From Candidatus Nanohaloarchaea archaeon (GTDB lineage Archaea > Nanohalarchaeota > Nanosalinia > Nanosalinales > Nanosalinaceae): DNA of 64,000 nucleotides. The stretch covers positions 36,356 through 100,355 of the forward strand of contig JBDGRE010000001.1 of assembly GCA_042218325.1 (NCBI GenBank), written 5' to 3'. Every line of letters starts with the position of its first letter. Positions within the stretch are counted from its first letter, which is position 1. Below are positions 62,424 through 64,000 of this stretch, piece by piece. The notes under the pieces were generated by a model. It was not told the origin of the DNA and made no database searches. It saw only the letters and a program-made list of their open reading frames with translations. A program made the translations under genes and the position numbers.

Positions 62424-63392
62424 TCACTTCTCGATGTGTGTTATCTCTGGTTCTCCTGGTTTTTCGTCCTTTCTCAGTGCGGTTCGCAGCCGGACGAGTC
62501 TCTCCGCCGGCCCGGGAACCGAGCCCTTGACGAGTATGTAGTTGGACTTGACTTCGCCGTAGTTCTTGAAGCCTCCCTCGCGCTGGACTTGCTCCGCGTC
62601 TCCGTGGTCAAGTATGCGCTTGTTCAGCTCCGTACGGTTGTTATAACCCTGCTGGCCTGGAAGAGGAACCTTCCACGAGAGCTTGTCAGGGTGCCACGGG
62701 CCGACGTTTCCGGCCTTTCTCCGCTTCTTCTGCGTCTTGTGGCCCAGCTTCCTGATACCGTAGCGCTTTACCGGGCCCTCCACGCCTTTACCTTTCGAGA
62801 CAGCGACTACGTCGCTGTACTCTCCGGGCTCGAAGACGTCGTTGAACTCGATTTCCTTTCCGATCATCTCTTCAGCGTACTCAAGCTGCTCCTCGACTTC
62901 GCCGCCCATCGCCACCTCGAAGTTGGCGGGTTTCTTCTTGCTGAGCCCCGCGCGCTGTGGCTGGGTGTGGACGAGAAGCCGGACTTCCGAAAGCTCGTCG
63001 CTTATCTCTTTGGCGTCCTCGAAGTTATCCATGTTGCCCTCCTTCGGAACGTCGGTGGCTCTTTGAAGTTCCTTCGAGGGCGAATCGGTCCACGCCTCGG
63101 TGAAGACCTGCTTGCCTGAGTTGAGGTCCTCAGTGTAGAAACGCGCGCCGTAAACTCGTAGCGGCGGCGCTTCGAGTATCGTTACCGGTGTCGCCTTCTC
63201 CCGGCCCTCGGTCGCGCCCTCGGTGTCGTCTATCATCAGGACACGGGTCATGCCGACCTTATATCCCCCGAAACCAAGAGGTTTCAACTCGTCGGTCTCC
63301 TCCCATGTATCTATCTCTGGGTAGATCTTCTGCGCTCTTACCTTGGGCTTGAACCCGAGCGAACCGCTTCTTGGTCTGTTAACGTCTGACAT
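62424..63392 (-). CDS. rpl3: 50S ribosomal protein L3
   Basis: PRSGSLGF.P, GYKVGMT, KGKGVEGPVKRYG, GPWHP, PGQQGY.NRTELNK, KGSVPGP. Start MSDVNR follows an AAGGAGGA SD. Confidence 0.96.
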   Translation of the reverse strand: MSDVNRPRSGSLGFKPKVRAQKIYPEIDTWEETDELKPLGFGGYKVGMTRVLMIDDTEGATEGREKATPVTILEAPPLRVYGARFYTEDLNSGKQVFTEAWTDSPSKELQRATDVPKEGNMDNFEDAKEISDELSEVRLLVHTQPQRAGLSKKKPANFEVAMGGEVEEQLEYAEEMIGKEIEFNDVFEPGEYSDVVAVSKGKGVEGPVKRYGIRKLGHKTQKKRRKAGNVGPWHPDKLSWKVPLPGQQGYNNRTELNKRILDHGDAEQVQREGGFKNYGEVKSNYILVKGSVPGPAERLVRLRTALRKDEKPGEPEITHIEK

Positions 63393-63543
63393 ACTGTTAT
63401 CTCCTCCTTTACCTGTTCCAGAGGCCTCGACTGAGGCTTGTCCACCTGACAAATTCGAAACTCCCTTCAGGAGTTTCTGCGAACCCGCAGCTTGATGTTC
63501 CGGGTAGGGTGGTAACTCATCGGTCACAGACAAATCTTATAAA
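63393..63543 (-). promoter_or_regulatory. Promoter and structured 5' leader of the rpl3 operon
   Basis: TTTATAA box near 63537-63543. Hairpins CTGCG-GGTT-CGCAG, GAAACTCC-TGAAG-GGAGTTTC and AGCCTC-AGTC-GAGGC, then the SD. Confidence 0.6.
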
Positions 63544-63606
63544 TGGGTCGAAGACGCTGTTCCCGTTCCTTCCCTCGGCGCTCTTTTATTCGTCAGGTCC
63601 ACAGGT

Positions 63607-64000
63607 ATGCGTATGCTAAAGGCGGAAAACCTGTCGAAGAGCTACGGTGAAACCCGGGCGGTACAAGACCTCAGTTTCCAGGTCGAGAAGGGAGAGATAG
63701 TCGGTCTTATCGGCCCGAACGGTGCAGGCAAGTCGACCACGATGGAGATGTGTGCCGGGCTGCTGCAGCCGGACTCCGGCCGGGTAAAGGCGGAAAGCAG
63801 CCTGAAACAGTGCGTCGGGATCGTATTTCAGTCGCTCGAGATGCGGCCCAAGATAACCGTCGAGGAGTTCCTAGGGCTGATGAAAACGCTGAACAGCTCC
63901 GGCGCCGATATACAGGAAGCGTTGCGGGACGTAGCCCTTGATGAGAGCGATGCATGGGTCGAGGAGCTTTCCGGCGGCCAGAAAAAGAAGCTGAACATCG
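63607..64000 (+). CDS. ABC transporter ATP-binding protein (partial, runs off the window end)
   Basis: Hand translation: LKAENLSKSYG...GEIVGLIGPNGAGKSTT...VFQ...LSGGQKKKLNI. Confidence 0.9.
   Translation, partial: MRMLKAENLSKSYGETRAVQDLSFQVEKGEIVGLIGPNGAGKSTTMEMCAGLLQPDSGRVKAESSLKQCVGIVFQSLEMRPKITVEEFLGLMKTLNSSGADIQEALRDVALDESDAWVEELSGGQKKKLNI

Noticed and set aside
63393-63533. 47-codon in-frame N-terminal extension of L3 in the ORF track
   Set aside because: It begins at a TTG only a few nt from the TATA box, while a strong SD precedes MSDVNR, which matches normal L3 N-termini.
1-64000. CRISPR array, transposase, integrase, provirus or rRNA
   Set aside because: No regularly spaced direct repeats and no recognisable Cas, DDE, tyrosine-recombinase, capsid or rRNA sequence were seen.

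Overview
Gene-dense core-genome segment of an extremely halophilic archaeon with a very acidic proteome. It is most likely a Nanohaloarchaeota (DPANN) genome; this is an inference from the compact spacers, unfused Kae1/Bud32, a GH57/GT4 glycogen module and the divergent r-proteins. Contents in order: glycogen/gluconeogenesis genes (GH57, GT4, GAPDH, FBA, FBPase), Hel308, a three-gene cluster of large surface glycoproteins, a folate/thymidylate cluster (folA, folC, thyA, glyA, tmk) with an orphan His-kinase-like gene inside, tRNA-Pro(GGG), RqcH, an unusually short SMC with ScpA/ScpB, aspS, a CWB2-cupredoxin surface protein, a box C/D sRNA, intron-containing tRNA-Leu(TAA), rps15-GAN-rps3Ae, a t6A cluster (kae1, sua5, bud32) and the rpl3-rps3 operon joined to rps27ae. 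The most striking unexplained signal is a recurring architecture at the start codons of six essential genes (rpl4, rps19, rps3, rps27ae, scpB, rps15). Each has a 49-130 nt insert, in five cases made of tandem hairpins, that turns the upstream ATG into a mini-ORF ending on or near a new start codon. Two of these inserts are clear 56-nt paralogues. No CRISPR array, transposase or integrase was seen.
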